A stretch of DNA of 56,439 bases from an uncultured Ruminococcus sp. (GTDB lineage Bacteria > Bacillota > Clostridia > Oscillospirales > Acutalibacteraceae), in NCBI GenBank assembly GCA_902761025.1, contig CACWIU010000002.1, forward strand, positions 9,517 through 65,955, in the 5' to 3' direction. Both the position numbers and the translations under genes were made by a program. The notes under the pieces are model-generated. The model searched no databases and had not been told where the DNA came from. It saw only the letters and a list, made by a program, of their open reading frames with translations. Below are positions 37,057 through 46,712 of the stretch, one piece after another. Numbering within the stretch: the stretch's first letter is position 1; every line of letters begins with the position of its first letter.

Positions 37057-38934
37057 TTAAAACAGACTGCATACAAGGTCAGTATATTCGGACGGGTCGT
37101 CTACTTGAAGACCTGCAATAATAACAGCTTGATTGTAAAGGAGTTTAGCGTACTTTTCAGCCTTTTCCCTATCGGCAGTCATATTTGCTATCAAAGCATT
37201 CACTGCGGGGTGAGTGGCATTGAGTTCAAGAACACGTTCGGCACGAACCATTGCTTCGGGCTGAGCCATTGCCATATACTTTTCCATTTCAAAGGAAACT
37301 CCGCCCTTTGCAGTCAAGCAAACAGGGTGACTTCTCAATTTCTTAGAAAACACTACTTCGTTAACCTTATCGCCGAGTATATCCTTAACGAATTTCAAAA
37401 CATCGTCTTCATTTTCGGCCTTTTGCTCTTCTTTGCTGTCGCTTTCTTCTTCTACATCTTCGTTTACGATATTCACAAACTTTTTGCCTTCGTATTCTTC
37501 CATGCTTCTAAATGCAAACTCGTCAACTTTTTCGGCACAGTACAAAATTTCTCTGCCCTTTTCACGAAAATATTCGGTTTGCGGCAGCTTGTCTATAATA
37601 TCAATGCTTTCGCCCGTAGCAAAGTAAATTTCCTTTTGGTCTTCGCCCATTCTCTCAACGTATTCTTTAAGAGTTACAAGCTTCTTCTCTGTTGAGGAGT
37701 AGAACAGCACTAAATCCTTTACAACGTCCTTGTGAGCACCGTAATCGCCTACCAAGCCATACTTGAGCTGATTGCCGAAATTAGCAAAAAACTTTTCATA
37801 TGCTTCTCTGTCGTTTTTGAGCCATGACGCAAGCTCGCTGCGAATCTTCTTTTCAAGAGTATTGGCTATGTTTTTCAGCTGTCTGTCATGCTGGAGCATT
37901 TCACGGGAAATATTAAGCGAAAGGTCTTGAGAATCAACTACGCCCTTGATAAATGCAAAATGTTCCGGAATCAAATCAGAGCATGTATCCATTATCAAAA
38001 CGCCGCTGCTGTAAAGCTGCAAGCCCTTTTTATATTCTTTTGTGTAGTAATTGAACGGCACACGAGAAGGAATATACAAAAGCGATTTGTACGTTACAAT
38101 GCCCTCGACAGAATTTGAAAATACATGAGCCGGATTTTCAAAATCAAAGAACTTTTGCTTATAGAACTCGTTGTATTCTTCTTCGGTAACATCTTTTTTA
38201 TTTCTCTGCCAAATCGGAATCATGCTGTTGAGAACTTCGTCTTCCGTAACTTCGTCATACTCGGGGTGTTCCAAATCGCAGTCTTCGCGAAGTTTGCGGT
38301 GTTCCATTTCCATTATAATCGGATAACGGATATAATCGGAATACTTTGATACTAATGCAGAGATTTTATATTTTTCAAGGAAATCGGAATACTTTTCATT
38401 TTCCGTATCTTCCTTGATACGCAGAATAATAGTTGTTCCTACGCTGTCCTTATCTGTTTCGGTAATTTCGTAGCCGTCCGCCCCCGAACTGCTCCACTCA
38501 TAAGCCTGCTCGCAGTTATATTTCTTTGAGCGTACGGTTACTTGGTCGGAAACCATGAACGCAGAATAAAAACCAACGCCAAATTGTCCGATAATATCCA
38601 CATCGTCATTTTTTTCATTTTCCTGCTTAAACTTAAAAGAACCGCTGTTTGCAATAGTTCCGAGGTTGTTGTCCAAATCGTCCTTGTCCATACCTATGCC
38701 GTTGTCACTTATAGTAATAAGTCTGTTCGGCTTATCTATCTCAATGCGGATTTTAAAGTCATCTTTATTCAAGCCCACATTAGAATCAGTAAGGGAAATA
38801 TAGTAAAGCTTGTCGATAGCGTCGCTTGCGTTAGATATAATCTCCCTTAAAAAAATCTCCTTATGCGTGTAAATAGAATTAATCATCAAGTCAAGCAATC
38901 TTTTAGATTCAGACTTAAATTCAGTTTTTGCCAT
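37057..38934 (-). CDS. htpG: molecular chaperone HtpG (Hsp90)
   Basis: EIFLRELISNASDAIDK, GQFGVGFYSAFMV, full length 625 aa. Confidence 0.95.
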   Translation of the reverse strand: MAKTEFKSESKRLLDLMINSIYTHKEIFLREIISNASDAIDKLYYISLTDSNVGLNKDDFKIRIEIDKPNRLITISDNGIGMDKDDLDNNLGTIANSGSFKFKQENEKNDDVDIIGQFGVGFYSAFMVSDQVTVRSKKYNCEQAYEWSSSGADGYEITETDKDSVGTTIILRIKEDTENEKYSDFLEKYKISALVSKYSDYIRYPIIMEMEHRKLREDCDLEHPEYDEVTEDEVLNSMIPIWQRNKKDVTEEEYNEFYKQKFFDFENPAHVFSNSVEGIVTYKSLLYIPSRVPFNYYTKEYKKGLQLYSSGVLIMDTCSDLIPEHFAFIKGVVDSQDLSLNISREMLQHDRQLKNIANTLEKKIRSELASWLKNDREAYEKFFANFGNQLKYGLVGDYGAHKDVVKDLVLFYSSTEKKLVTLKEYVERMGEDQKEIYFATGESIDIIDKLPQTEYFREKGREILYCAEKVDEFAFRSMEEYEGKKFVNIVNEDVEEESDSKEEQKAENEDDVLKFVKDILGDKVNEVVFSKKLRSHPVCLTAKGGVSFEMEKYMAMAQPEAMVRAERVLELNATHPAVNALIANMTADREKAEKYAKLLYNQAVIIAGLQVDDPSEYTDLVCSLF

Positions 38935-38970
38935 AAATATTACCTCTTAATTATTAGTTAAATTTTTCTG

Positions 38971-38997
38971 TTAGCACTCTCACTGTTCAAGTGCTAA
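38971..38997. promoter_or_regulatory. CIRCE element (HrcA operator)
   Basis: TTAGCACTC-N9-AAGTGCTAA against the consensus TTAGCACTC-N9-GAGTGCTAA (1 mismatch). It lies between the promoter candidate and the htpG start. Confidence 0.75.
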
Positions 38998-39001
38998 TAT
39001 A

Positions 39002-39030
39002 GTTATATAACAAATTTCCCAATTTGTCAA
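39002..39030 (-). promoter_or_regulatory. sigma-A promoter candidate for htpG
   Basis: Minus strand TTGACA (39030-39025), 17 nt, TATAAC (39007-39002). CIRCE starts 5 nt downstream. Confidence 0.5.
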
Positions 39031-39074
39031 TAGGCTATTTGTTAATATTCGGTTAAATTAAACTTCTTTAAAAA

Positions 39075-39110
39075 TAAAAAAAGAGCAGGACTTTACTCCT
39101 GCTCATAAAA
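39075..39110 (-). terminator. terminator downstream of the aquaporin gene
   Basis: Stem GAGCAGGA (39083-90) / TCCTGCTC (39098-105), with a T-run on the minus strand (plus-strand A-run 39073-39082). Confidence 0.65.
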
Positions 39111-39133
39111 AATTATTTTTAAAATATTTTTTA

Positions 39134-39898
39134 TTATTTCTTTTTGGATTTTGATTTCTGAGTATTTGTTGATTTAGCAGCTACCGGCTTAGCTGTAGAC
39201 TTAGGCGCTTCGGAATCAAGAGCCTTGTAAACCAAAGCAGCCAAAGCTCCGCCAATCAAAGGAGCAACGATGAACAGCCATACCTGAGCAAATGCTTCGC
39301 TGCCATGTGAACAGCCGAAAATCATAGATATAAGAGCTGCGCCGAAACTTCTTGCCGGATTTACGGACGTACCTGTCAAAGGCAATCCCAAAAGATGTAC
39401 CAATGTTAATGACGCGCCTATTACTAAACCTGCCGGATTTCCGAACTTTTCCTTGCTTGTTACGCCGCAGATAGCAAACACAAAAACAAAAGTAAGAACT
39501 ACTTCTGTTACAAATGCGCCAAATGCAGTAATACCTGTTGCAGAAAGGTCGCCGTAACCGTTTGTACCCATGCCGTTTTTACTAAGGAAATCTGTTCCCG
39601 ACAGCATTGCGTAAAGAATGCACGCACCGAAAGTTGCTCCGACAAACTGGCTGAACACATAGCCTGCAAACTCAGCCGGCGTCATTTTGCGGTTGACAAG
39701 CATAGCCAACGATACCGCCGGATTCACATGACAGCCGGACACGTTGCCTATGGAATATGCCATTGCCACAATTACCAATCCGAAAGCCAACGCAATACCC
39801 ACATAACCTGCACCAAGTCCGTTAGTTGCAGCAACTCCGCAGCCAAACGCTACCAGCACCGCTGTTCCTATCAACTCCGCCAAACACTTTTTTACCAT
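39134..39898 (-). CDS. MIP-family channel (aquaporin/glycerol facilitator) with a Lys-rich C-terminal tail
   Basis: Two NPA boxes (HVNPAVS, SVNPARS). Start set at MVKKCLAELIGT (39898). Confidence 0.9.
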   Translation of the reverse strand: MVKKCLAELIGTAVLVAFGCGVAATNGLGAGYVGIALAFGLVIVAMAYSIGNVSGCHVNPAVSLAMLVNRKMTPAEFAGYVFSQFVGATFGACILYAMLSGTDFLSKNGMGTNGYGDLSATGITAFGAFVTEVVLTFVFVFAICGVTSKEKFGNPAGLVIGASLTLVHLLGLPLTGTSVNPARSFGAALISMIFGCSHGSEAFAQVWLFIVAPLIGGALAALVYKALDSEAPKSTAKPVAAKSTNTQKSKSKKK

Positions 39899-40032
39899 AC
39901 AAAAAACCTCCTCAATAGTTAAAATTTTACAATAAAATTTTAACACATTTTTATAAAAAAGTAAAGAGATTTAAAAAAATATTATCATTTTTTAAAAAAA
40001 ACATTACTTCTGTTTAGTTTTTTGTATTATAA

Positions 40033-40074
40033 ATTTAATGTCACAAAAAATTGAATTTCTTTGTGACATTAAAT
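40033..40074 (-). terminator. hairpin/terminator downstream of ileS
   Basis: 15-bp arms ATTTAATGTCACAAA (40033-47) / TTTGTGACATTAAAT (40060-74). Confidence 0.55.
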
Positions 40075-40110
40075 ATTTAGCAAATCAGATTTTCTGAATT
40101 TAAATGTATT

Positions 40111-43100
40111 TTATTTTTTTAAGCTGATACAAACTTTTTTGCCCTGCTCATACTCAAGCTCATAAGTCATATCAGGCTCGATAACAGATTCCTGCTTGCT
40201 GAGTGTTTCCTGACAAATGTACTCAAGCCAATTCTGCGGAACATTACCGCTTATATCCAGTGAAATATAATCCGTTATAGCACAGCCCATTTTTCTGCGG
40301 TTATCCTGAATGCTGCGGACAATATCACGAGCAACACCCTCGTCGCGAAGTTCTTCCGTAATAGTAAGGTTAAGCGATACAACTATGCCCTTATCGCTTG
40401 CAACGTGCTGTCCTGCCTTAGCCTGATAAGTAACAAGAATAATTTCCGAATCGAACACGCTCTCGACACCGTTAATCTCTAAAACCGCACCGTCTGCCAA
40501 AAGTTTGAATTTACCGCTCTTGACAGCCTTAATAATTTCGGGTATTCTGTTCGGATAACGGTTTCTTATTTCGTTAAAGTTCGGAGCATACTTAACCTGA
40601 GCTACACTTTCGGCACTGTCAAGAATTTCCACGGATTTTACATTAAGTTCTTCGGCAATAATCTCTTTAAAGCTTTCGACAACGGGTATTCCTGCCGTAT
40701 CCGAAAGAACTACGCTCAATGTGCTTAGCGGCTGACGGTTTTTCACATTGTTCTTACTTCTGATAGAACGTGCAAGATAAATTACGTTTCTAACAAGCTT
40801 AACTTGGTTCAAAAGCTCGTCATCTCTGTAACAATCGGGAATTTCTGCCCATGAATCAAGATGTACGGAAAAATTGCCGGTAAGCGTTTTATAAAGCTTT
40901 TCGGAAATAATCGGAGCAGCCGGAGCGAAAAGCTTTGTCATATTGACTAAAACATAATACAATGTTTCGTAAGCATTTTTCTTGTCCTCGGACATTCCCT
41001 TTTCCCAAAATCTTCTTCTTGAACGGCGAATAAACCAATTTGTCAAACCGTCTACAAGCTCTATCAGACTGTCAACGTATTTGTTGACATAATAAGCGTC
41101 CATGTTGCGTGTAATGCGGTCTGCCGCTTCCCAAAGCTTTGCAAGCATCCAGCGGTCAAGCTGATTGTCGGAAGTCGGAGCCGTTAATTCTTCGGGGTGG
41201 AATCCGTCTATATTTGCGTAGGAAATAAAGAAATTACAAGCGTTCCAATAAGGAAGAACTATCTGCTGCAAAGCGTCCTGTATGCCGTTGTCGTCAAACT
41301 GCAGGTCACCGATAAAAGCATAGCGTTAGTCTGATACAGATACAAACGGAAAGCGTCCGTGCCGTATGTTTTCATTAAGTCCATAGGGTCTGTATAGTTC
41401 TTTGATGATTTGGAAAGCTTTTTGCCGTCCTTTGCAAGTATTGTTCCATGAACAACGCAGTTTGAGAAACACGGCTTGTCAAACAGTGCGACAGACAATA
41501 CGTGCAAATAATAGAACCAACAGCGGATTTGTCCCGTATACTCAACGATAAAATCACTCGGGAAATGCGACTCAAACCATTCTTTATTGTCAAACGGATA
41601 ATGTTTTTGAGCAAACGGAACCGAACCGCTCTCGAACCAGCAGTCAAGAACTTCGGGCACACGTACCTTTGTGCCGTTACAGTCGGGACAAGAACACTTA
41701 AATGTTACTTTGTCCATATACTGACGATGTAAATTATTAAGACGAACGCCGCTTGCCTTTTCGATTTCGTCTATGCTGCCTAATACGGTTCTGTCGCCGC
41801 AAGTATCGCATTCCCAAATCGGAATAGGAGTAGCCCAATAGCGATTGCGTGAAATATTCCAGTCACGGGCATTTTCAAGCCACTTGCCAAAGCGTCCGTG
41901 CTTAATGGTTTCGGGAACCCAGTTTATTTCTTCATTCAGTTCTATTAAGCGGTCTTTAATTTTTCCAATGTTAAAATACCATGCGTCCATAGCCTTATAA
42001 ATTAACGGACGCTTACATCTCCAGCAGTGCGGATAATTATGTTCGATAGTACCGTCTGCAACTGCTTTTCCGTTTTCGTACAAGAAACGAATAATAACGG
42101 GGTTCATTTCAATAACATTCTTTTCACCGTCAGGCTCGTAAAAGTCCGTAACCTCTTGGGTAAATCTGCCCTTTTCGTCAACGGGATTTACAAGCGGAAT
42201 GTTATTGTTTTTGCAAGTCCAGTAGTCGTCTTCGCCGAATGCGGGGGCAGTATGAACAATGCCGACACCCTCGTCAGCTCCGACATAGTCTGCCGTAACA
42301 ACTCTGAAAGCTTTATCTTTAAGCTCGGCAAAATACGGGAACAACGGCTCGTATGTAATGCCTACCAAATTGCTGCCCTTACAAGTCTTTACTATAACAG
42401 GCTCTTTGCCGAATATTTTTTCATACTTTGGAAGAACTGTTTCACAGGCAATGTAAATCTGTTCGCCGACATCGACAAAAGCATAATCTAAATCACTGCC
42501 CACTGCAAGACAGAGATTAGACGGAAGTGTCCACGGCGTAGTTGTCCACGCAAGGAAAAACACAGGCTTTCCGTTTATGACCTCTTCGGTTTTGAACTTT
42601 GCGATAATCCACCTGTCCTGACGGGGGCGTGTTGAATCTGATTCGCGAGTATCGGAAATTGACAGCGATGTTTCGCAATGCGTACAATACGGCGTAACAC
42701 GGTAATCACGATAAATCAAGCCTTTGTCATAACACTGCTTGAACGCCCACATAACGCTTTCCATAAATTCGGGGTTCATTGTTTTGTAAGCTCCGTCGTA
42801 GTCAACCCAGCGAGCCATTTGTTCAACGTAATCTTTCCACGCTTCATTGTTGCCCGACACAAGTTCAAAACACCGGTCATTGAATTTGTCAATACCCAGT
42901 TCTTTTTCAATTACGTTCTTGTCATCAATGCCCAAGTTCTTTTCAACCTGATTTTCGATTGGAAGTCCATGACAGTCCCAGCCCCAAACTCTCGGCACTT
43001 TATAGCCTTTCATAGTCCAGTATCTTGCAATCATGTCTTTGATAAAAGATACTAATATAGTGCCGTGGTGCGGTTTGCCTGTTGGGAACGGCGGTCCGTC

Positions 43101-43241
43101 ATAAAAAACGACTTCTTCTGCTTCGGGTTTATTTACAGACTTTTCAAAAACAGCCTCGTCTTTCCAGAATCTGAGAACTTCTTTCTGGATTTCGGGGATA
43201 TTCGGTTTGCCTGCAAGCTCTTCATACTTCAATTTATTCAC
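40111..43241 (-). pseudogene. ileS: isoleucyl-tRNA synthetase (type 2), frame broken by an apparent 1-nt deletion near 41311-41320
   Basis: The two track ORFs (41259-43241 and 40111-41271) are the N- and C-terminal parts of one IleS (HIGH-like PHHGT, KMSKS-like KLSKS). Frames rejoin as ...NAML(F)IGDLQFDDNGIQDALQQIVLPYWNA if one extra T is added to the coding-strand run CTTTTATC. Confidence 0.85.
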
Positions 43242-43298
43242 TCACCTTTGCTGAATAAGGGCTGTTCTATTTAACCCTTACCAAAAATATACTCACTA

Positions 43299-43327
43299 AT
43301 TTTAACTCAAATTAAAATTGTTGTCAA
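43299..43327 (-). promoter_or_regulatory. sigma-A promoter candidate for ileS
   Basis: Minus strand TTGACA (43327-43322), 17 nt, TAAAAT (43304-43299). Confidence 0.5.
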
Positions 43328-43367
43328 TACGCTTTGCTTATTTTTTTAATCATTCGCCGCACACGCT

Positions 43368-43997
43368 TTAATTGAGAATGATTTTTTTACCGTTGGAAGT
43401 GATTATTCCGTCATCGTTCATTCTGCGGATTTCACGCATTAAAGCACTTCTGTCAGCTCCCAAATAGCTTGATAATCTTTCAAAAGTCATGGGAATTGTA
43501 ATTTCTTTGCTGTTGCCCGAAAGAGTGCCGAGATATTTAAAATAAACTAATAATTTGTTTCTTAAATTTTTTTGACTTAATATATTAACGTGCAGTGACA
43601 TATATTTTGCTCTTTGAGAGGTAAACAAGAGCATTTTTTTTATTAATTCGTTATGATTTTCGCAGTTATGACGGCAATTATTCATCAAATTTTCAAAATT
43701 AACGAAAAGCACTTTACATTCGCTCTCTGCCACAACAATATATTCCACCGATTCCAGCGGCATAATGATATAATCGCCAAAACTGTCGCCCACATGAAGA
43801 AAGTCGGAAATGCTCTCATGACCGCTTTCGTCAATGCTGACAATTCGAGCTTTCCCCTCTAAAAGCAGTCCGATTAACCCGTTATTTCCGCTCAGCGATA
43901 AAATGGTATCTCCTTTCATGAACTTCTCATATTTTTTTGACTCGCAGTTTTCAATATCCTTTAGTATGTCGCAGTTTGTATTATTTTTATGATTCAT
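43368..43997 (-). CDS. Crp/Fnr-family transcriptional regulator (Cys-rich)
   Basis: cNMP-binding-like beta-roll (GDTILSLSGNNGLIGLLLEGKARIV) and C-terminal HTH (TFERLSSYLGADRSALMREIRRM). The start is ambiguous (GTG 44006 or ATG 43997). Confidence 0.8.
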   Translation of the reverse strand: MNHKNNTNCDILKDIENCESKKYEKFMKGDTILSLSGNNGLIGLLLEGKARIVSIDESGHESISDFLHVGDSFGDYIIMPLESVEYIVVAESECKVLFVNFENLMNNCRHNCENHNELIKKMLLFTSQRAKYMSLHVNILSQKNLRNKLLVYFKYLGTLSGNSKEITIPMTFERLSSYLGADRSALMREIRRMNDDGIITSNGKKIILN

Positions 43998-44062
43998 CGT
44001 ATACACAGCCCTTTAGTTAGTTTTGACTAATTTTAAAAAATATATTTTAAAAATATTGGTTT

Positions 44063-44078
44063 TGTTGCGGTTGCAACA
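44063..44078. promoter_or_regulatory. 16-bp palindrome TGTTGC-N4-GCAACA (copy 1), candidate Crp/Fnr-type operator
   Basis: TGTTGC ggtt GCAACA. It has the same arms as 44210-44225. Confidence 0.35.
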
Positions 44079-44209
44079 GCTTTATTTTAAAAATTGTGTT
44101 AAAATAACAATAATTGAGGGTGTATGCTTAATATTATGTCTATTTAACAGATATTAACAATTAAGTCTTTCGGTTAAAACACCGCCCTCTTATCATTATA
44201 GCTGTTTTT

Positions 44210-44225
44210 TGTTGCTAACGCAACA
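44210..44225. promoter_or_regulatory. 16-bp palindrome TGTTGC-N4-GCAACA (copy 2)
   Basis: TGTTGC taac GCAACA, about 100 nt upstream of the hydC ATG. Confidence 0.35.
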
Positions 44226-44325
44226 CTTTTCTAAGTTGTGATGAAAATATTTTTGCTGAGAAGTCTGTACAAATCCAATAAACTGTGCAGACGGTCGAGT
44301 TTTTCAATACTTACAGGAGGTTACT

Positions 44326-44808
44326 ATGCAAAAATTAAGTGAAGCTGCAGTAAAGCAGATTAACGAAATCTGCGACAGACACGCAAATGACAAAACCCCG
44401 CTTATGATGATTCTCAGTGATATTCAAAAGGAATATGGCTATGTTCCGGTTGATGTTCAGGAAATCGTATCCGAAAAAACAGGCATTTCCGTAGCTGAAA
44501 TCTACGGTGTTGTTACGTTTTATTCGTTCTTCTCCCTCAAGCCAAAGGGAAAGTACATTATCGGATGCTGTCTTGGCACGGCATGCTATGTAAAGGGTGC
44601 GCAGCAGATTATCGACAAGTTCTCTGAGATTCTCGGTATTGCTCCGGGTGAAACAACAGAGGACGGCTTGTTTACGATTGATGCTCTCCGTTGTATAGGC
44701 GCTTGCGGTATTGCTCCGGCAGTTACAATCAACGGCACTGTTTACCCGAAAATGCAAGTAAATCAAGTGCAAAAGGTTATTGACGATTACCGCAGTAAGG
44801 AGGACTAA
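44326..44808 (+). CDS. hydC: [FeFe]-hydrogenase NuoE-like [2Fe-2S] subunit
   Basis: NuoE/HndA pattern CLGTACYVKG...CIGACGIAP. AGGAGG SD. Confidence 0.9.
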   Translation: MQKLSEAAVKQINEICDRHANDKTPLMMILSDIQKEYGYVPVDVQEIVSEKTGISVAEIYGVVTFYSFFSLKPKGKYIIGCCLGTACYVKGAQQIIDKFSEILGIAPGETTEDGLFTIDALRCIGACGIAPAVTINGTVYPKMQVNQVQKVIDDYRSKED

Positions 44809-44810
44809 AC

Positions 44811-46697
44811 ATGAAGATTAATACAAGTGAACAGCTTGACAGCATGATTTGCAGCTGTACTGAAGCTCTCAATAACAAAATTAACGGCGCGGACGGCAAA
44901 CGTGCGGTTGTACTGTGCGGCGGTACGGGCTGTCTGTCATCTCATTCCAACGAAATAAAAGCAAAATTTGAGGAAGTTATAGCTGAAAACGGTCTTTCCG
45001 ATAAAGTAACCGTTAATCAGGTTGGCTGTTTCGGATTCTGCTCGCAGGGTCCTTTCGTTAAAATTTTCCCCGAAGCTACACTCTATCGTCTTGTTACTGT
45101 TGCAGATGTAGAAGAAATCGTAAAAACTGACCTTATGAACGGTCAAGTTGTAGAAAGACTTCTCTACGTTGACCCGAGTACTCAAGAAAAAATTCAGAAA
45201 CAGGACGACATTAATTTCTATAAAAAGCAAAAGAGAGTTGCTCTTCACGGCTGCGGTCTTATCAATGCCGAAGATATAAACGAAGCTATGGGTTACGGCG
45301 CTTTCAAGGGCATTCAAAGAGCATTGACAATGACGCCGAAAGAAGTTATTGACGAAGTTCTCGCTTCAGGTCTTAGAGGCCGCGGCGGCGCGGGCTTCCC
45401 GACAGGCAGAAAGTGGTCTTTTGCTTACGCTAACGAAGCTGACCAGAAGTATGTTGTTTGTAACGGTGACGAAGGCGACCCGGGCGCTTTCATGGACAGA
45501 TCTATTCTCGAAGGCAACCCATTCGCAGTTATCGAAGGCATGATGATTGCCGGCTATGCAATCGGAGCTTCCGAAGGTTACTTCTATGTTCGCGCAGAGT
45601 ATCCTATCGCTGTTAACCGTCTGCAAAAAGCTATTGACCAAATGACAGAAATCGGCATGCTCGGCGATAATATTTTAGGTACAGACTTCTCGTTTATGGC
45701 TCACATTCGTCTTGGCGCGGGCGCTTTCGTTTGCGGTGAGGAAACTGCTCTTCTTAACTCTATCGAGGGTAAGAGAGGCATGCCTCGTCCGCGTCCTCCG
45801 TTCCCGGCTGTAAAGGGATTATGGGGCAAGCCTACTGTTGTAAACAACGTAGAAACTTTGGCTTGCGTTCCTTATGTTCTCCGTGAGGGTGCCGGCGAGT
45901 TTGCGTCAACAGGTACAGACGGCTCAAAGGGTACAAAAGTATTTGCTCTTGGCGGTAAAGTAAATAACGTTGGTCTTGTTGAAGTTCCTATGGGTACAAC
46001 TCTGCGTGAGCTTATTTATGATATCGGCGGCGGTATCCCCAACGGCAAAAAGTTCAAGGCTATTCAGACGGGCGGACCTTCGGGCGGCTGTCTTACGGAA
46101 GAATATCTTGACGAACCTATTGATTTTGACAACCTCGTTGCAAAAGGTTCTATGATGGGTTCGGGCGGCGCTATCGTTATGGACGAAGATAACTGTATGG
46201 TTAACATCGCTAAGTTCTATATGGAGTTTATTTGCGATGAATCCTGCGGTAAATGTACTCCTTGCAGAATCGGCACAAAGCGTATGCTCGAAATCCTTAC
46301 CAAAATCACGGACGGCAAAGGCACTATGGAAGACCTTGACGAATTGGAGCAGCTTTCCGAGGCTGTTAAGAACAATTCCTTGTGCGCATTGGGTCAAACC
46401 GCTTCTAACCCCATTGTTTCCACAATGACACACTTTAAAGACGAATATATTGCTCACATTGTAGACAAGCGTTGTCCGGCAGGTATCTGCAAGAACCTTA
46501 TGCAGTACAAGATTCAAAAGGATAAATGTTTCGGCTGCGGACTTTGCTCTCGTCAGTGTCCCGTTGGCGCTATCAGCGTTACGGACTACACTGCGCCCGG
46601 CAAGAAGAAGCCAGCTTTGCAGATTGACGCTGAAAAGTGCATCAAATGCGGTATGTGTATGGCTTCCTGTAAGTTTGGCGCTATCGTTAAGGAATAA
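44811..46697 (+). CDS. hydB: [FeFe]-hydrogenase NuoF-like flavoprotein subunit (FMN/NADH, Fe-S)
   Basis: N-terminal thioredoxin-like 2Fe-2S (CGGTGC...CFGFCSQGP), GRGGAGFPTGRKW, ESCGKCTPCR, and a C-terminal 2x[4Fe-4S] ferredoxin (CFGCGLCSRQCP, CIKCGMCMASC). Confidence 0.92.
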   Translation: MKINTSEQLDSMICSCTEALNNKINGADGKRAVVLCGGTGCLSSHSNEIKAKFEEVIAENGLSDKVTVNQVGCFGFCSQGPFVKIFPEATLYRLVTVADVEEIVKTDLMNGQVVERLLYVDPSTQEKIQKQDDINFYKKQKRVALHGCGLINAEDINEAMGYGAFKGIQRALTMTPKEVIDEVLASGLRGRGGAGFPTGRKWSFAYANEADQKYVVCNGDEGDPGAFMDRSILEGNPFAVIEGMMIAGYAIGASEGYFYVRAEYPIAVNRLQKAIDQMTEIGMLGDNILGTDFSFMAHIRLGAGAFVCGEETALLNSIEGKRGMPRPRPPFPAVKGLWGKPTVVNNVETLACVPYVLREGAGEFASTGTDGSKGTKVFALGGKVNNVGLVEVPMGTTLRELIYDIGGGIPNGKKFKAIQTGGPSGGCLTEEYLDEPIDFDNLVAKGSMMGSGGAIVMDEDNCMVNIAKFYMEFICDESCGKCTPCRIGTKRMLEILTKITDGKGTMEDLDELEQLSEAVKNNSLCALGQTASNPIVSTMTHFKDEYIAHIVDKRCPAGICKNLMQYKIQKDKCFGCGLCSRQCPVGAISVTDYTAPGKKKPALQIDAEKCIKCGMCMASCKFGAIVKE

Positions 46698-46712
46698 TCA
46701 GGAGGGATATCA

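Noticed and set aside
43242-43367. Expected a T-box leader upstream of ileS.
   Set aside because: There are only ~125 nt of spacer. There is no T-box core (AGGGTGGNACCGCG-like) or specifier-loop architecture. I found only a promoter candidate and a small AAGGG/CCCTT hairpin.
44093-44112. Rex-like box (ATTGTGTTAAAATAACAATA) in the hydrogenase control region.
   Set aside because: Only TGTTA-AAA-TAACA is self-complementary. The half-site spacing is ~3 nt shorter than the clostridial Rex consensus TTGTTAA-N4-TTAACAA, so I do not call it.
44241-44342. 33-codon ORF (MKIFLLRSLYKSNKLCRR...) overlapping the hydC start, and a 9-bp hairpin GTCTGTACA/TGTGCAGAC (44263-44292) in the hydC leader.
   Set aside because: The ORF has no SD and reads through the hydC RBS, so it is probably fortuitous. 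The hairpin is real in sequence but has no adjacent U-tract and no evidence of function. It is noted only as part of the 5' UTR.
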